Source of the DNA: Octopus vulgaris
Taxonomy: Eukaryota
Length of the DNA stretch: 64,000 bases
NCBI GenBank assembly: GCA_951406725.2
Contig: OX597814.1
Coordinates: 137,206,001-137,270,000 of the forward strand
Direction of reading: 5' to 3'
In this document: positions 1 through 14,000 of the stretch, piece after piece
Position numbering within the stretch: position 1 is the stretch's first letter
Layout of the letters: every line of letters starts with the position of its first letter
Translations under genes and position numbers: made by a program
The notes under the pieces: generated by a model
Told to the model about the DNA's origin: nothing
The model's database searches: none
Seen by the model: the letters and a program-made list of their open reading frames with translations, nothing else

Positions 1-1345
1 CTGCTAGGTGTTAAAAACTGTGCAGAAAACGAATATAAAAAAAATTTGTGCAAACGAATGTGGGGAGGGGAGTGGACTTTCGGAAAATTCAAAAGATCCG
101 ATTTTTCCCTCAAAACTTTCAGAAAAATGGATATATATTGATGAGATTTTATAGAAATACCGTCCAAATTGCACAAATTACGAGTATAATGACATTTCTG
201 GGGAAATTTTTTTCCGAAGGGATGGGGAGAGGACTGTCGGAAAATTCGCACAATCCGTTTTTTCCCCCTCATAATTTTCAGGAAAATGGATATCTTTTGA
301 TGAAATTTTACGGAAACTTCTTTCAAACAACATAGATTATGATTATAAAGAAATTTGTGGGGAAAATGTTTTCCGAAGGAGTGGGAAGAGGACTGTCGGA
401 AAGTTCACACGATCCGTTTTTTCTACCTCATAATTTTCAGGGTCTAGTTTAGCGTCGATCACAAAAACTTTTTTTTTTTCCACCGGATTCCTGTTTTCGA
501 TGACGGAGATTCCGAATATGCAAAAGCTACGTTTTCAAAAATTCTAATTCCACCCCACTCCCAAATTTTTTATTTTAACTTTTTTCGAATATTTTTTTTT
601 CAATCTACGAGGGAAAATATGGAGATGAGGGGAAAACATTTTGATTTCAAATTTTTTATGAAAAACTCTGAAATTGATCAACACCTCACCACCTCATCCC
701 GCTGTCTAAAAGTGAAAATGTTTTGTCCGTTTCCGCATGCGTAGATTTATAGTGAAACAGCAAAAGGATCACATGTGAAGCCCTCACCATGAAACTCGAA
801 ATGCTAAAAATAACAGCTAAATGTCTGGAGAATTTTTGTGTTTCTGTGTGCGTGCGTGCAACAATTTCTACAGCTTATCCGAATGAACAGAGAAAGAAGT
901 ACACAAAATATATTTGATATACCTGTCGCATACGTCGGGGGTTTTTTTCGCTTGAAAGCTAAACGGCTCTGATAGAAGCAATTACCTTACTGTCACTTCA
1001 TCGGAGTAATCCCAGCAAAGTACTACTAGTTTAGTCACTGGATCAGCACTTATGTTTGTGTTCTTCATTCCAAAATTAAAAAAAACTTTCGTGTCGACTT
1101 TCTGACAGTCCTCTCCCCACCCTTTCGGAAAACATTTCCCCCGCAAATTTCTTTAATAATCGCAATCTATGCTGTTTGAAAAGTGTTTCTGTAAAATTTC
1201 ATCAATATATATCCATTTTCCTGAAAGTTATGAGGGAAAAATCGGATCTTGTGAATTTTCCGAAAGTCCTCTCCCCACCTACCACGTTCGTTTGCACCAT
1301 TTTTTTTTTTCATATTCGTTTTCTACAGTTTTTAACACCCAGCAG
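1..1345. mobile_element. Foldback/MITE-like element with long inverted arms built from ~160-bp subrepeats (may extend left of the window)
   Basis: 1-160 is the reverse complement of ~1186-1345 (ctgctaggtgttaaaaactgt / acagtttttaacacccagcag); ~160-bp units at 60-440 and 1100-1280. Confidence 0.65.
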
Positions 1346-3029
1346 ATTGATCTTTTTTTTTCCGTTAACGGGAGTCAATCTTTATATTAACGGGAAAAGG
1401 TGTGTCTATATTTCCAGGTTTCTAAGAAAGTAAAAGTTTCTACTTGTTAAAAGTGCCGCGCAAACCAAAAATTGAAAGTATTTTCTGCAAAATGAACTTA
1501 GGAACGAAAGTAAGATGGTGAAAAGTAGAGTGCTAGATAAAATATTCAGTCTGACGCTATCATTGAAGTTGGACCCATCAAACATTTCGGCTACATACCT
1601 AATTTACATGAGTAAAACGTAATAGCTATTAACATTCGATACACCGAAGAGTATCGAATATTTATAGAAGAGAGAACAACTTACAGCAAATACACGAAAC
1701 AATTATTATTCTGAAAAATTCATTTCAGTCACCAACATTTATTTTGCTTTCACTTTATATTTGTTTTTTTTTTAAGATTTTTTTAATTACCAAGCATTTA
1801 GTGTTTCCATCGGCTTACTGTCATCCAAAGCTCGATCATTATTCCAGTCATCTAACTGTATTTTCCTAAGGTTCCAATCTTTCTACATGCCTTACAAGGA
1901 AGACGTGACATTTAACTACATTAAAAAATTTCCCGGAGACAATATAAACTGTAAAGTTGAGAGATTTGTAGCATTTCTCTGCAAGGCTTACATACAGTAT
2001 TGATTCGATACAGTACTTTGTTCATAAGTGTTCTAGACTGCGATTGATTTAAACTCGCAAGTATCCCTCTTACTCGAGAAGTATAATGTATTTAATCAAA
2101 GTTAAGTTCTCTCCCGAGCCTGGTCCATTTGGCCAGAGCTTGTCCTAGTTTCTGCAAAGACTTTTCATCTAAACGGTTTTCAAATGAGAAAACAGAAGCA
2201 ACATGAAATGAAATACTCTGCTCAAGAACACAACGCACCTTGCATCCCAACCCTACGATTGAACGATCGTTTAACCAAACACCCTACTACACTATGCGCC
2301 TTGACAAACCACTTTTCATAGGATACATCACATTTTATATAGATTTTATTCTATAGTCCTAAGAAAGGAAAAATACAAAAAAAAATTTTTTAATTGCTGC
2401 AGGCTCATTAAAGTTTCTTCTGGTTCAACTTCCTTTATTTCCAAGCAGACGCAAATTTCTAATTTTTTAAACGTTGTCAGTCTAAAGAGTCTTTTTTTTT
2501 AAATGATAATGGGGATAGCTGAGCGATGTCTAAGTCATTAAGGTTTGCTTTTAATTGTTGCAGAATTTTAGTTGGAAATCCTAATGTATACGCGAATAGT
2601 ATTCTGGCGAATTATGTTATTTCTGGGGAAATAAAAGGCTTGAGCAAAATATTTCGAATGAGATATGAGAAAGAACAATGGCTGGGAGAAAGAATAGTAG
2701 GTGCAGCGTCGATAAGATTAAACAAAAATATACATAATAATAGTGTTAATATTGAATATCCTTCTGATCAAAAGAGGAAAAGAACAGTGATGTGCAACTA
2801 AGTAAAAGGATTTAAGTTTGTCTGCTTGGATCCCTTACACGAATAACTATGTGAATCGGAATATGAAAAATAACATTTAAATAGGATTGTACATGATTAT
2901 AATTAGTACACTCAGTTGTTTTTGTAATATTCTAGGTCTTTCCTATCGATTTACTCAACAAATAGAATGTATACAGATTTTATTACAGCGAGAGAAAATT
3001 AGAAGCTTTGATCTATTATTCGCTTAACG

Positions 3030-3135
3030 ACCCGCTACTCTTGCGGTAGAGTAGAGTGGGCGCAGCATGCAAATACAACTTAACCGAACGGAGTAAATTT
3101 CAGATATGTAATGTTGGTCTTTAATACATTTATAT
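3030..3135 (+). promoter_or_regulatory. Probable CNOT10 TSS region / non-coding first exon
   Basis: Local CpG-richer patch followed by a gtgagt donor at 3136; the ATG exon has an acceptor only 6 nt upstream, so a 5'UTR exon is expected. Confidence 0.35.
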
Positions 3136-3537
3136 GTGAGTATCTTGCCCATTTATACAAGCTTTTCCCCGTCAAATATATATTTTTGTTCACATTAGCA
3201 TCCTTTAGAGATCAAGCAGATATCAGAAATTCTAACCATAAATATATCTTAAGAAGTCAAAGATAAAACACTTGTTTTTACATTGGAAATATCTTCAGTT
3301 TAAAAGTTGTTGACTTGCTGTCTGATTACTAGAAAATATAATTTAATTATTAACATAACATTTGTTTAATTGGTATTTTGCTATTCCTTAACATAGTATC
3401 TATCACATCGCATTCCAATGTCCTTCTTTTCAACAGCTGAAGTGAAATCTGTTTTCACCGTTTACTATATCCACACACTAATTAGTTTAGGTGTGAGTAT
3501 ATATATATATAAATATATTTATATATATATATATAAA

Positions 3538-3570
<33 letters not shown>

Positions 3571-6245
3571 GTGTATTATATTAAATCATATTTGTATTAT
3601 ATTATAAATAGCTTGTGTTGCCTTTATAAGCAGTTTTTCGTAGATGTTGCTACTGAAATTATATGATTTTCCATAAGACTACCTTTCCTTATTTAGCTTA
3701 GGTGAAATGCATTATGAAGAGAGTAAAGGAATTCCGCTTGCAGTTTCAGTCTTAGTTATTTTCTTTTAAAATGAAAATTAATAACAATACCAAAACACAT
3801 TCCAAATCTTTGTGAAGCTCTGATCTTGCACGTGTAATGATATGAAACATTTCTGCACTAGTATTCTCTGTTGAATTGATGGTTACTAGCTCATAATTTG
3901 ATGTATATTTTTTAATGTGATACATCTAATATGTTTGTACTTGTTTAATCAAGTGCTTCGTATAATTCCCCAGATACCTTATAGATGAGTTATTTACTAA
4001 GTTGTTAACCCATGAGTTAAAGGATTAACTTGTACAATTGTTTAATATTGTATACTTACTTCTTAATAGCCGTCAGTAAAAGTTTCTTTTTTTTTTTCTT
4101 TATCTATCGACCGTAGAAGTTTAAAAATCTATGTTATTATAGCTGGATCTACTCTTAGAACTAAAACCTGGTTAGTCTAAGATTGATTATTTAAGCTGTT
4201 TTTGACGTGTACTATACACTTGTGTTTGTGTGAGAGAAAGAGACAGTTGCAGTTGCTGAGTAAATTATAAGATGAAATTTTGTTACAATTATCAAATCAA
4301 AAAAACGTGTTCTTGTCTCAAATTCATAGTTGACTAATTACCATTTGGAAAGGCAGTAAGTTACAAAAGTAATTCATATGCAAATATCCATGGTTATATA
4401 GAGATGGTACCTCCTAAATCATGGCCGTGTTCGATTTGTAGTGAGAGAGTCAGTGTGTTGAAATTCATTCATGAAATCAATGATTAACGACTATAACGGA
4501 ACTTTTAATTTGTATGCCCTGCAAATAAGGTGTTAGCAGTACTAGAGATTGATGTTAGTGATGTAGCACCCAAAGACACCAGTTAGAAATGGTTTAAAAT
4601 ATTGTTTTTATTGGCAACATAGCTCGGTTTCCCCCTACATTGGCGGTTGTGGACATCATCTAGTAAAGAATAAATTTCAATATGGTTTGGTGATAGTGCA
4701 GTGTAAATTTCTGTGAGAGTTAACGTACAGGTGGGTTGAGAAAATAAAATTGTCAATCATTGCGTGCAGAAAAATGAATTTATTGATGTAAACATTAGTT
4801 GATGCATACTAGGTGGGGAGTAACCATGTTGACAGTTAAGCTTTATGAGGTTGGTATGTACCAAAAAATAACCAGAAATATTAAATCTCACCTATGCTAA
4901 ACTTAACGTGTTCAAAATATATGGAAATCTGATCTACTGCAAACTTATTCAATTCCTACTATAATTTTAAAAAAAAGAAAAGAAAAATATAATGGTGTCG
5001 TATTAAGGAACATCACTAACATCAATATTTTTTATGACCATATCTTTAACTTTTCCATCGTTGCGGTGTGCCTGTCATGCTGGACTGGATGGGTTCTGTT
5101 TTTTTCATGTCTAAGAACCAACACGTCGTTATTTGACCAGCCATTCTATCAGAAGTCACCCCTGATCTTCCATTACCACAGATTCTTGTATTTTTTTAAT
5201 CCAGCATGTTTTGCTCATTGACATTACAAATCCACATCAACAGAGATGGTTCACTTGCACTCTCTGTCCCCTATCTTTAGTGTTTAGTTATTTCCTTAAC
5301 TATGTTGTCTGCAGTCTTTCTCATAGGTTAGCATTGTACATCTGAAAGACTATATGTAGATAATTCTTCTCCAGTCACTGGAGATCTTTGACACAGGCAC
5401 AGGCATGGATGTGTTGTAAGAAGTTACCTATGCAACCACATGGTCTTGGGTTCAGTCCCATTGTGCAGCACCTCAGGCAAGTGTCTTCTATTACAACGCT
5501 TGGCCAATCTAAGCTTTCTGGGTAGATCTGGTAGACAGGAACTGAAAGAATCCCTTTGTGTGTGTCTGTCTTCGTGCTTGTTTTCCCCCACCCATCGCTG
5601 GACAGCTGGTGTTGGTTTGTTTACATCCCCATGCATTAGCAGTTTAGCAACAGAGACTGACAGAATAAGTACTGGGCTTACCACTAATTGCGTGTGTGTG
5701 TAGAACAGACATGGCTGTGTAGTAAGAAGTTTGCTTCCAAAACACATGGTTCTAGGTTCAGTTCCATTGCATGGCACCTTGGGCTAGCATCTTCTACAAT
5801 ACAGAGATAGGATAAATGAAATTGTGTTAACTAAATGCTTTCTCCAAGAGAATTAATGGCATAAAGGAAGTAAAATTATTGCTACCAACTTGGAGCTTCT
5901 TTCTTATTCTATGATTATTGCCATGTATCAGATTACAGGTGTGTAAATATTTAATCATCTTGAGAAACATTCTTTTAGGCATGCGGAAGGTAAACAGTCT
6001 TTTACCTTCCACACAAGTGAAAGGTAAATGTTTTAATCATATTTAGTATAATAGTTCACATGTCTGAATATAAATCGTGATTGTGTCAATTTTTAACTTT
6101 CTGAAGTCAATAAAGGAAATGTTTTAGGGCTGATCAGTCAACATTACAAAAAGGTATCTTGCCCAGGTAATAAATGAAAAATTTTGTAATGACAAACATC
6201 CTTTAACTGTTTTATTTATTATTATTATTTTTTTTCTAGTGTACA

Positions 6246-6506
6246 ATGGCAGAATGTGATGAGCTAAGTAATAGCAACATGTCAGGTTTACCTGTAAATG
6301 ATGCTCAAAGTGAACTGGCCAAACAGGCCTGGCAGGAATTTAATAAACAACAATATGACAACTGTATCAATATACTAAATAAATTATTGGTCAACCGATC
6401 TACGGACTCAAAAGTTATTCACAACAAAGCAGTAGCAGAATTCTATCAGTCCAAGTTTACCAAAGTCTCAGAATTTAAACAGAGTCTTGCCACAGTTTGC
6501 CAACTT
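6246..6506 (+). CDS. CNOT10: CNOT10 coding exon 1 (MAECDELS...TVCQL)
   Basis: Acceptor tttctag at 6239, ATG 6246, donor gtaagt 6507; TPR-like N-terminus. Confidence 0.92.
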
Positions 6507-8995
6507 GTAAGTTGCTTTTGTTTTAATTTTATACATTAGTTTCTTATTGGTGTTGAAAATTAAAATTTATTTGTCATCCTTAATGAAGACTTCATCTTCA
6601 TGTAATAAGGAAAGAACTTGTCCTCCAAACTATTGATGATAGCTAGAAATCACAAGAATAAGGATTAATTGAAGTGAAACAGCTCAACTGGGAGCACACT
6701 TTTATCATTCATAACTCATTGACTTCTTACAACAAAACATTAATTTCGTTCATATATACTTTCTTTCCTGTTATGCAGTGTCAAATCAGTGATTTATATT
6801 ACTGAAAAACATATATTTAATATTGTATGTCCATCAAGGTTTGTTTATTCAGAATACATGCTGTGCAATAAAAGTATAAAACCTCTATAACATATGAATG
6901 TTGTAGAGGTGTTATATATATATTGTATGTAATTCCTACTAATAGAAAGCATCATCAATAGCTTCATTAGCTCCAGATATTGTGCTGAGATACACAGCAC
7001 AAATAATAAGTTCAGAGCAGCATCAATCTTCATATTGAGTTCATTCATCTTGGTTGTCTTGATTGTAACCACCACCAGAAACTATAACCTGGACAGAAAG
7101 AATACAACATGCTCAGAATGTGTGGTGTAGTCCTCACCTGGACAGGGGTATGGCATATGAAGTGATATAGCTGTATGCATTGCATTTAGTCATTCAGCTG
7201 ATAACTTGCATGTTAGAGGTATACTTGGTCAATGCTAACATGGAGCTAACATCCAACACCATTTCATGAATTATCACCATTATTTTATGAAATCTTTATC
7301 ATCATTACCATACAGTATACCTTTTGTTATCCTAGCATATCACCAACACTTGTCATACTACTATTTCAATAAGTCATGGACTTTTTAAACATTGCAGTTC
7401 TATTTTGTATCAGATTAATCAAAAATATTGGCAAGCTTCTATAGCTCACCAATATTATGCTATCAAACACTTCTACTGTCAAACATTATTCAAGCAAGTC
7501 AGTCACCAAATGCTTTATATGCAGTTGCTATACATAAAGAGCCATCTTCATTGAGGAGTAGTGAGTAAATGGGTAGGAGGATAGTAAAAGGTTAGCTGTA
7601 GATACTCTTTTGATCATGGACTAGATGGCTCAGTAGAAGTTTAGAAGGCAAAGTGGATTGGCAGTTTGTGTGGTACACAAACACACTATGTTTTTCATGT
7701 GATGCAGTGATGGGTAAACATCCAGTTAGTGATGATGGGTGACTTCCTCTAGATGTTGTAAACAATATTCTTAAACTATACAGCTGTGAACAAACTAGTT
7801 GATATTTTTAATTTAGGCATGTGGGTTAGTGGTCAGCGTAGTCAGCTCATGATCATAAGATCATGAGTTCAATTCCCAGTGGTGTGTTGTGTCCTTCAGC
7901 AAGAGCCTTTATTTCATGTTGCTCCAGTCCACTCACTATCTGTATTTCAAAGGACCAGCCTTGCTATACTCTCTGTCATACTGAATCTCCCTCAGAACAA
8001 AATTAAGGGAATGCATGTCTTTGGAGTGCTCAGCCACTTTCACATTAATTTCATGAGCAGGCTGTTCCATGTTGATCAGATCAACTGAAACTCTTGTCAT
8101 AACCAATTGAGTGCAATAATTAGAAATTCCATGAATACTATCTTTCTTCTGACCTAGAAAGTAAAAAAGGAAGTGAAAATATTTTGGGGAAAAAAAAACA
8201 GCTTTAATTTTGTTTTTTTTATTCCAATATCAAGCTGACTTATGTAACTTGAGTAAATGTTATATTACTATACCAACACTCTTTTCTTTCAGGAACACAT
8301 CAATATAGATAGCCTCAGTAATTTAGATGATGTTGACCACAGTGCTGTTCTTTACAACCAAGCTGTTGTACTTTATCATCACAGACAGTATAAAGCAGCT
8401 TTGTCCATCATGGACAAACTGTTTCATTATGTTGAACCTCTTGGTATGTATCAGTCTTTAATTAAATTATTGATGATGATTGTCAAAATGATGATGGTAG
8501 GGTATCAGTATTGAAGATAATTATATTGCGCTAGCATTGAAATTAACTAATTATAGTAAGATTGCACTTAGAAATATAGTTATTTTAGTCTTAGTGACTA
8601 ACATAATCATTTCTCTATTGATTCCTAAATGTTATAAAGTTGATTTAAATGGATCTATTTTCCTTGTTTGAGGTAAGGTCCAAGGGATTGGGTTAACCTG
8701 GAGCAAAGGGTCCAGTCAAGGTATGTACAGTCAAAGGGTCCAGTCAAGGTATGTACAGTCCTAGGCAAGGTTTTTTTGAGGGAAGACTGGCAGTTGTCCA
8801 TGCAAGCAAGTCTGCTCTCTCCACACCACTGATGTTATCCAAGGGAAGGGCAGCTGCCTTAGGGCTGACACAGCTTGGCATTAGTGACATTGCAAGCATT
8901 ACTATCAGAACACAGTACTTATACCTCAAGACATCTTGCCCAATGTTCTAAAAGTTCTGCTCATCCTCCACCTTGGATTAGAACTCTTTTGTAAA

Positions 8996-9039
<44 letters not shown>

Positions 9040-11017
9040 CACACACACACATACATACAAGGTCTGATCAATAAGTATCCGGAGTGTTGCTATAGTAACG
9101 AGGCTAAAGCATGCAAAGTAGAGCTGCTTGGCACAGATTGACCTTGAACTCTGCTGTGCTTGCGCATTAACTTTTAACATTCTAACTCACTTCCACTGTT
9201 TACAGCAGTGCTTGGAAGGAAGGTGTGTAGCGTGTGATTGTCGCATTGACCATGACAAAGAAAGTTGTCATGGTGATACCTGCTCAGAGACCTACGCAAA
9301 GTTGCAGAAAGTGTATGGAGATCAGTGTATGAGCTGCACACAGGTGTATGAGTGGTTCAGACGTTTCCAAGATGGTCAAAAAAATGTTGATATTGATGAA
9401 CATTCTGGGAGACCCACATGCAGCAGAACTGAGAAAAGTATAACAAATGTGATGGGGGAAATCATCAAATCACCATCCTTGAGTTATCAGAGGATGTGCA
9501 GATTAGTTATGGTTCAGTTCAGTCCATTATCACTGAAACTTTGTGTATGAGACGCGTATCTGCCAAGTTTGTGCAAAAACTGCTTTCAGCTGACCAAAAA
9601 GACTCTCGGATTTCAGTTGCTCAAAATCTCCTTGATTGTGTCAAGAACAGTGAAAACTTTTTGAATGCTTCTGAGCAGGCATTGCCAAGCTTTTGGCAAA
9701 ATTTGATGCAGATTCTCTGCTCAGCTTTCTCTGTCATGGTCAGTGTGATGATCACATGCTACACACCTTCCTTCCAAGCACTGTTGTAAACAGTGGAAGT
9801 GAGCTAGAACATTAAAATTTAGTGTGCATGCACAGCAGAGTTCAAGGTCAATCTGTGCTAAGTGACTTGACTCTGCCTGCTTTTGCTTTGTTACTATGGC
9901 AACAGACCGGATACTTATTGATTAGACCTTGTACATATGAATATTAAATGCTTAGGAATAAATTTTTAAAACTAATGTGAAACAACAAAAACTGTCAGAC
10001 TATTGAATACTAGATTAATGAAACTTTACTCTAAATACATAAGACAGTGGGTTGTTGTATTTTAGGGAAATTTCGTTGCTTGATAGAAAGTGCATTAAGG
10101 GCAGCTCACTGTTACATTATTAAAATAGGATTTTTTTAGCATGTCCAAGACTTCTGGCAGTTTGCTATGTTTGAGAAGACCTGTCAAGATGTCAAGCTAA
10201 GTAAAAATCATGATCATCCATGCATGCAGGCATGTCCTCTATGTCCTCCTCTCATCTGAAAATCCTAGTCTTACAGGCTCATAGGTTCTGGTGCCACATT
10301 AAAGTGTCCATGCTGGTGTCATAAAAGTGCTCATACCAGTGTCGTGTTAAAAGCACCCAGTTCATTCTGTAAAGTGGTTGGCATTAGGAAGGGTATCCAG
10401 CCATAGAAACGATGCCAAAGCAGACAAATGGAACCCTGGCAGTTTTCCAGCTGGCCAATTCCTGTCAAACTGTCCAACCCATGCCAGCATGAAGAACAGA
10501 TGTTAAATGATGATGGTGATGTCAGTTATTGTTGCTCTTTATATATTTTCATGTTTAAAGAGTTCAGTAAGTGGAGGTGTATGGCTTAGTGGTTAAGGTG
10601 ATGGACTTATGATCATAAGATTGTGATTTTAATTCCTGGACCAGGCAACATGCTGGGTTCTTGAGCAAAACACTTCATTTCATATTGCTCCAGTTCACTC
10701 AGCTGGCAAAAATGAGTAATCCTGTGAAGGACCAGTGTCCTGTCCAGGATATGGGGAATATATATATGCAATGAAACTGGGAAACCAGCCCTTATGAGTT
10801 CATACAACTTGAGAAGGTAACTTTATTTTTTAGTTCAGTATTTGGAGTTTAGGATGCGTGAATTTTTCAGTGTATTTTATTCAGAAATTATAGTAAATTT
10901 AACTAAATTCTCTTTTTTCTACTCATGATACTGGAGAAAAATCAGTGTATATCATACTCAAAATTTGTTTCGATATTAACAGAATATATGCTAATTAGTG
11001 GCATTGATATGCAAGTT

Positions 11018-11055
<38 letters not shown>

Positions 11056-14000
11056 CACACACATCTTTGAAATTTAAAATAGTTATGGTACAATGACTGG
11101 AAAGTTAAAGTTTTCAAGAGAAGGAACTACTGCAAAACTGGAGTATTCTCAAATGTATTTTTATTTTGTTCCAGAGGAAAACCTTACACGGAAATGCTTG
11201 TTTTTGCTTGTTGAGCTTTATCTTCAAACTCACCAGGTAGTTACCAAGTTTCAATTAAATACAACCTTTACTATTTACTGTTATACTTTTGTTATTGTTT
11301 TACTACTCTTCATTGCTTGATTATTTTTTTATAGTACTGAACCGTGAAGATTGTTTTATCTGCTAGATAAGCTGTTATATGCTTTGCCCAGGGAGCCAAC
11401 ACAGTTTGGAATTAAAGACTTTGTGGTCACATATAACAATTTAGTATTTGACAACTTAAATACATAATTAGTAAAACAAACATTGTCTTTTAACGTGAGA
11501 GACTGAAAGTGAAATAGTTAAAAATGAAATCAAAATAATAATTTTAAAAAAATATTTCTTTGAGTTTTTATATCAGTTGCCAATTATACTCCTTAGTAAC
11601 TCATTCTCTCTCTATTTTGTCTGTTTTTAAAAAAACATTTAGACTGTATCCTATGATTTTTATTTATTCAGAAGAATAATTCTGCACTTTCCTCTAGAAT
11701 GACTAAAAAGTTAACTGAATGACTAGATTTTTTTTTTTTTTCCACTTTGTCCTTCATTAATTTAGAGACAAATGGATGAGAGTTTATGATCTTGGGTTGT
11801 CATTTTATGGTTTATGAGTTCATAGCTGCCTCTGATATTTTATTTTACAAACTTCACTTTATTTACTTGTGGAAAATATGCACTAAACCTCTTTAGAAAA
11901 GTTACTTACAACAGGCTGCTATCTCTCATTCGCTTAACCCTTTTGATACCTAACTGCCTGAGATCTCCTCTCTGTAGTACAAATGTCTTGTTTTCAAAAG
12001 TTCTGAATTAAAATCTTCCACCAAACCTTAGTTGTAATTTATGTTCCTAACACTAGCTTATGACAACTAAATTCTTCATTATATTTAAAATTAATTGAAA
12101 TAAACACAGAGTATCTCAACAAAAGGGTTAATGTTACAGAGATCAGAATTAGGAACTGGCCATATGAAACCTTAAATGTAATAAAAAGATTTAACTATTT
12201 ATTTAATCTAATCTATCTGTATACCTGGGGTTCATTTTAAGTAATTTTGAATGAATATCTTATATTTATTATTAAGTTTCTGTTGTATTTCATTGAACTA
12301 TAAAAATTCAAGCTCTTCATTTCATTATTTGTTAAGATTATCTCTATAGAAATTATAACCAGCACTGATTTTTTATGACATTTCATATCCAAGACATTAC
12401 ATGTAAACAAACATTGAGACAAAGATAAGAAAAGAGTAATGGGCATATATGTTATATTTTGGGAGTTTTTGCTCCTTCATCTGTTGATGAAAGAGCAAAA
12501 ACTCAGATACAAAATGTGTAACAAAAATCAGTGCTATAGAATATCTGTAGAGATAACCTTAACAAGTGATGTAAAGTGCATTACTAACACAGTAGAACAT
12601 GGTATTGACTTATAAAATCGTTTAATATATTTTATAGTATATTATAATTGCATAACAAAATACCGTATCCTTACAAGTCATTAATATTTTCATTTCATTG
12701 TTCCTTTTGCATCTTTCAGCCTGAGAAGGCAATGGGAATGTTATCCTATATAGAGAAACTTCTTCTTCATGTTACCAAATGCAATAACAGCCCCTCAGGA
12801 GACAAAGTAGATAAAAATGAAAGCCTTGACAGTTCTGTCGCAAGTGAATTAGGGACCTCAGAACTGTATCGGCCAAAAATTAGTTTGGTAAGTTAAATGC
12901 TAAGTTTCTAAGTTCAAGCATGTCTGTGTGTGTGTGTATGTATGCATGCATGCATATAATATATGCATATATACACATCTACCAACTTATACCTTTATAA
13001 TGATTTCAAAATAGATCAAATTTTGAAGTGATTTTAAATCCTGTTGTAGTCAACTTTACCTTTTATCTTTCCAGGATTACTAAAAATTTCTGTGAAGTAC
13101 TTTTTTATTTTTATAACAATCTCTTCTTTGTCATAATTTCAGTATAAAACCCGATGTCTGATAATGATGAAGTCATTAAAAGCATGCAAACGAGAAATCA
13201 AAGTATTGATGAGTAGCCAAGCAACTGTAAGTATTCAAATCATGGGATTATAACATATTAAGACAACAAACTAGAATCAAATTCCATTATATTCTTATGT
13301 GTATCTTAAGTTTTAAGTGATTTTTTTTTCCAAGCCAGCATAGATTTCCTTTTAATGTGTAAAATCAAAACAATGTAGAGGAAAATTAGAGTGGTGTGTT
13401 CTATGTAAGTGAGTGTATGTGTAAATAGATGGTTGTGAGAATGGAGAGATAATGGAATTCTGAAGTACACCTAAATTGATAGGACAGATATTATACAGAT
13501 TCTTATCAGTGTATATTTTGACAGGAAGATTCCTCTCTCAGTACTTAGTAATAAGTTCAGCTGAAGGATTGGTAACTTTGTTAAAAGTTCTTTATCACTG
13601 ACCTGGATGAGTAGCTTTGATAGAGAAGGGTTAGGATATGTTTTGTTTACCAGACTTGGAAAGATCAAAGGTTGAACACATTTTCTGCTGTAGTAATATT
13701 TTGCCATATCTACATTTATTGAATGTGTGTTGTTGTTTAGCCCAAGAACAGCCTTGGTTGACTAGACCTACAGCCAAAGGCATTATGACCACAGCTGTCT
13801 CATCTTTTTTCAGATACAATGAGTCGATCAGATACAGATGCAGAGATGTCAAAAGTACCAGGCTACATAGCTCATGTGCTAGTTACTTGCTTAATTAATT
13901 AATTAAGCATGCATTCATTTGTTAAGTGATCCACTGGACTGAAACGTATACAAAGCTTTTTTTTTAATTACTGAGAGAGTTTTAGTAAATTAATTCTGAA

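Noticed and set aside
2526-2801. 91-aa ORF upstream of CNOT10
   Set aside because: No recognisable homology and no phase-compatible link to CNOT10.
8705-8760. Exact 28-bp tandem duplication
   Set aside because: Local slippage at the edge of a SINE fragment; nothing suggests function.
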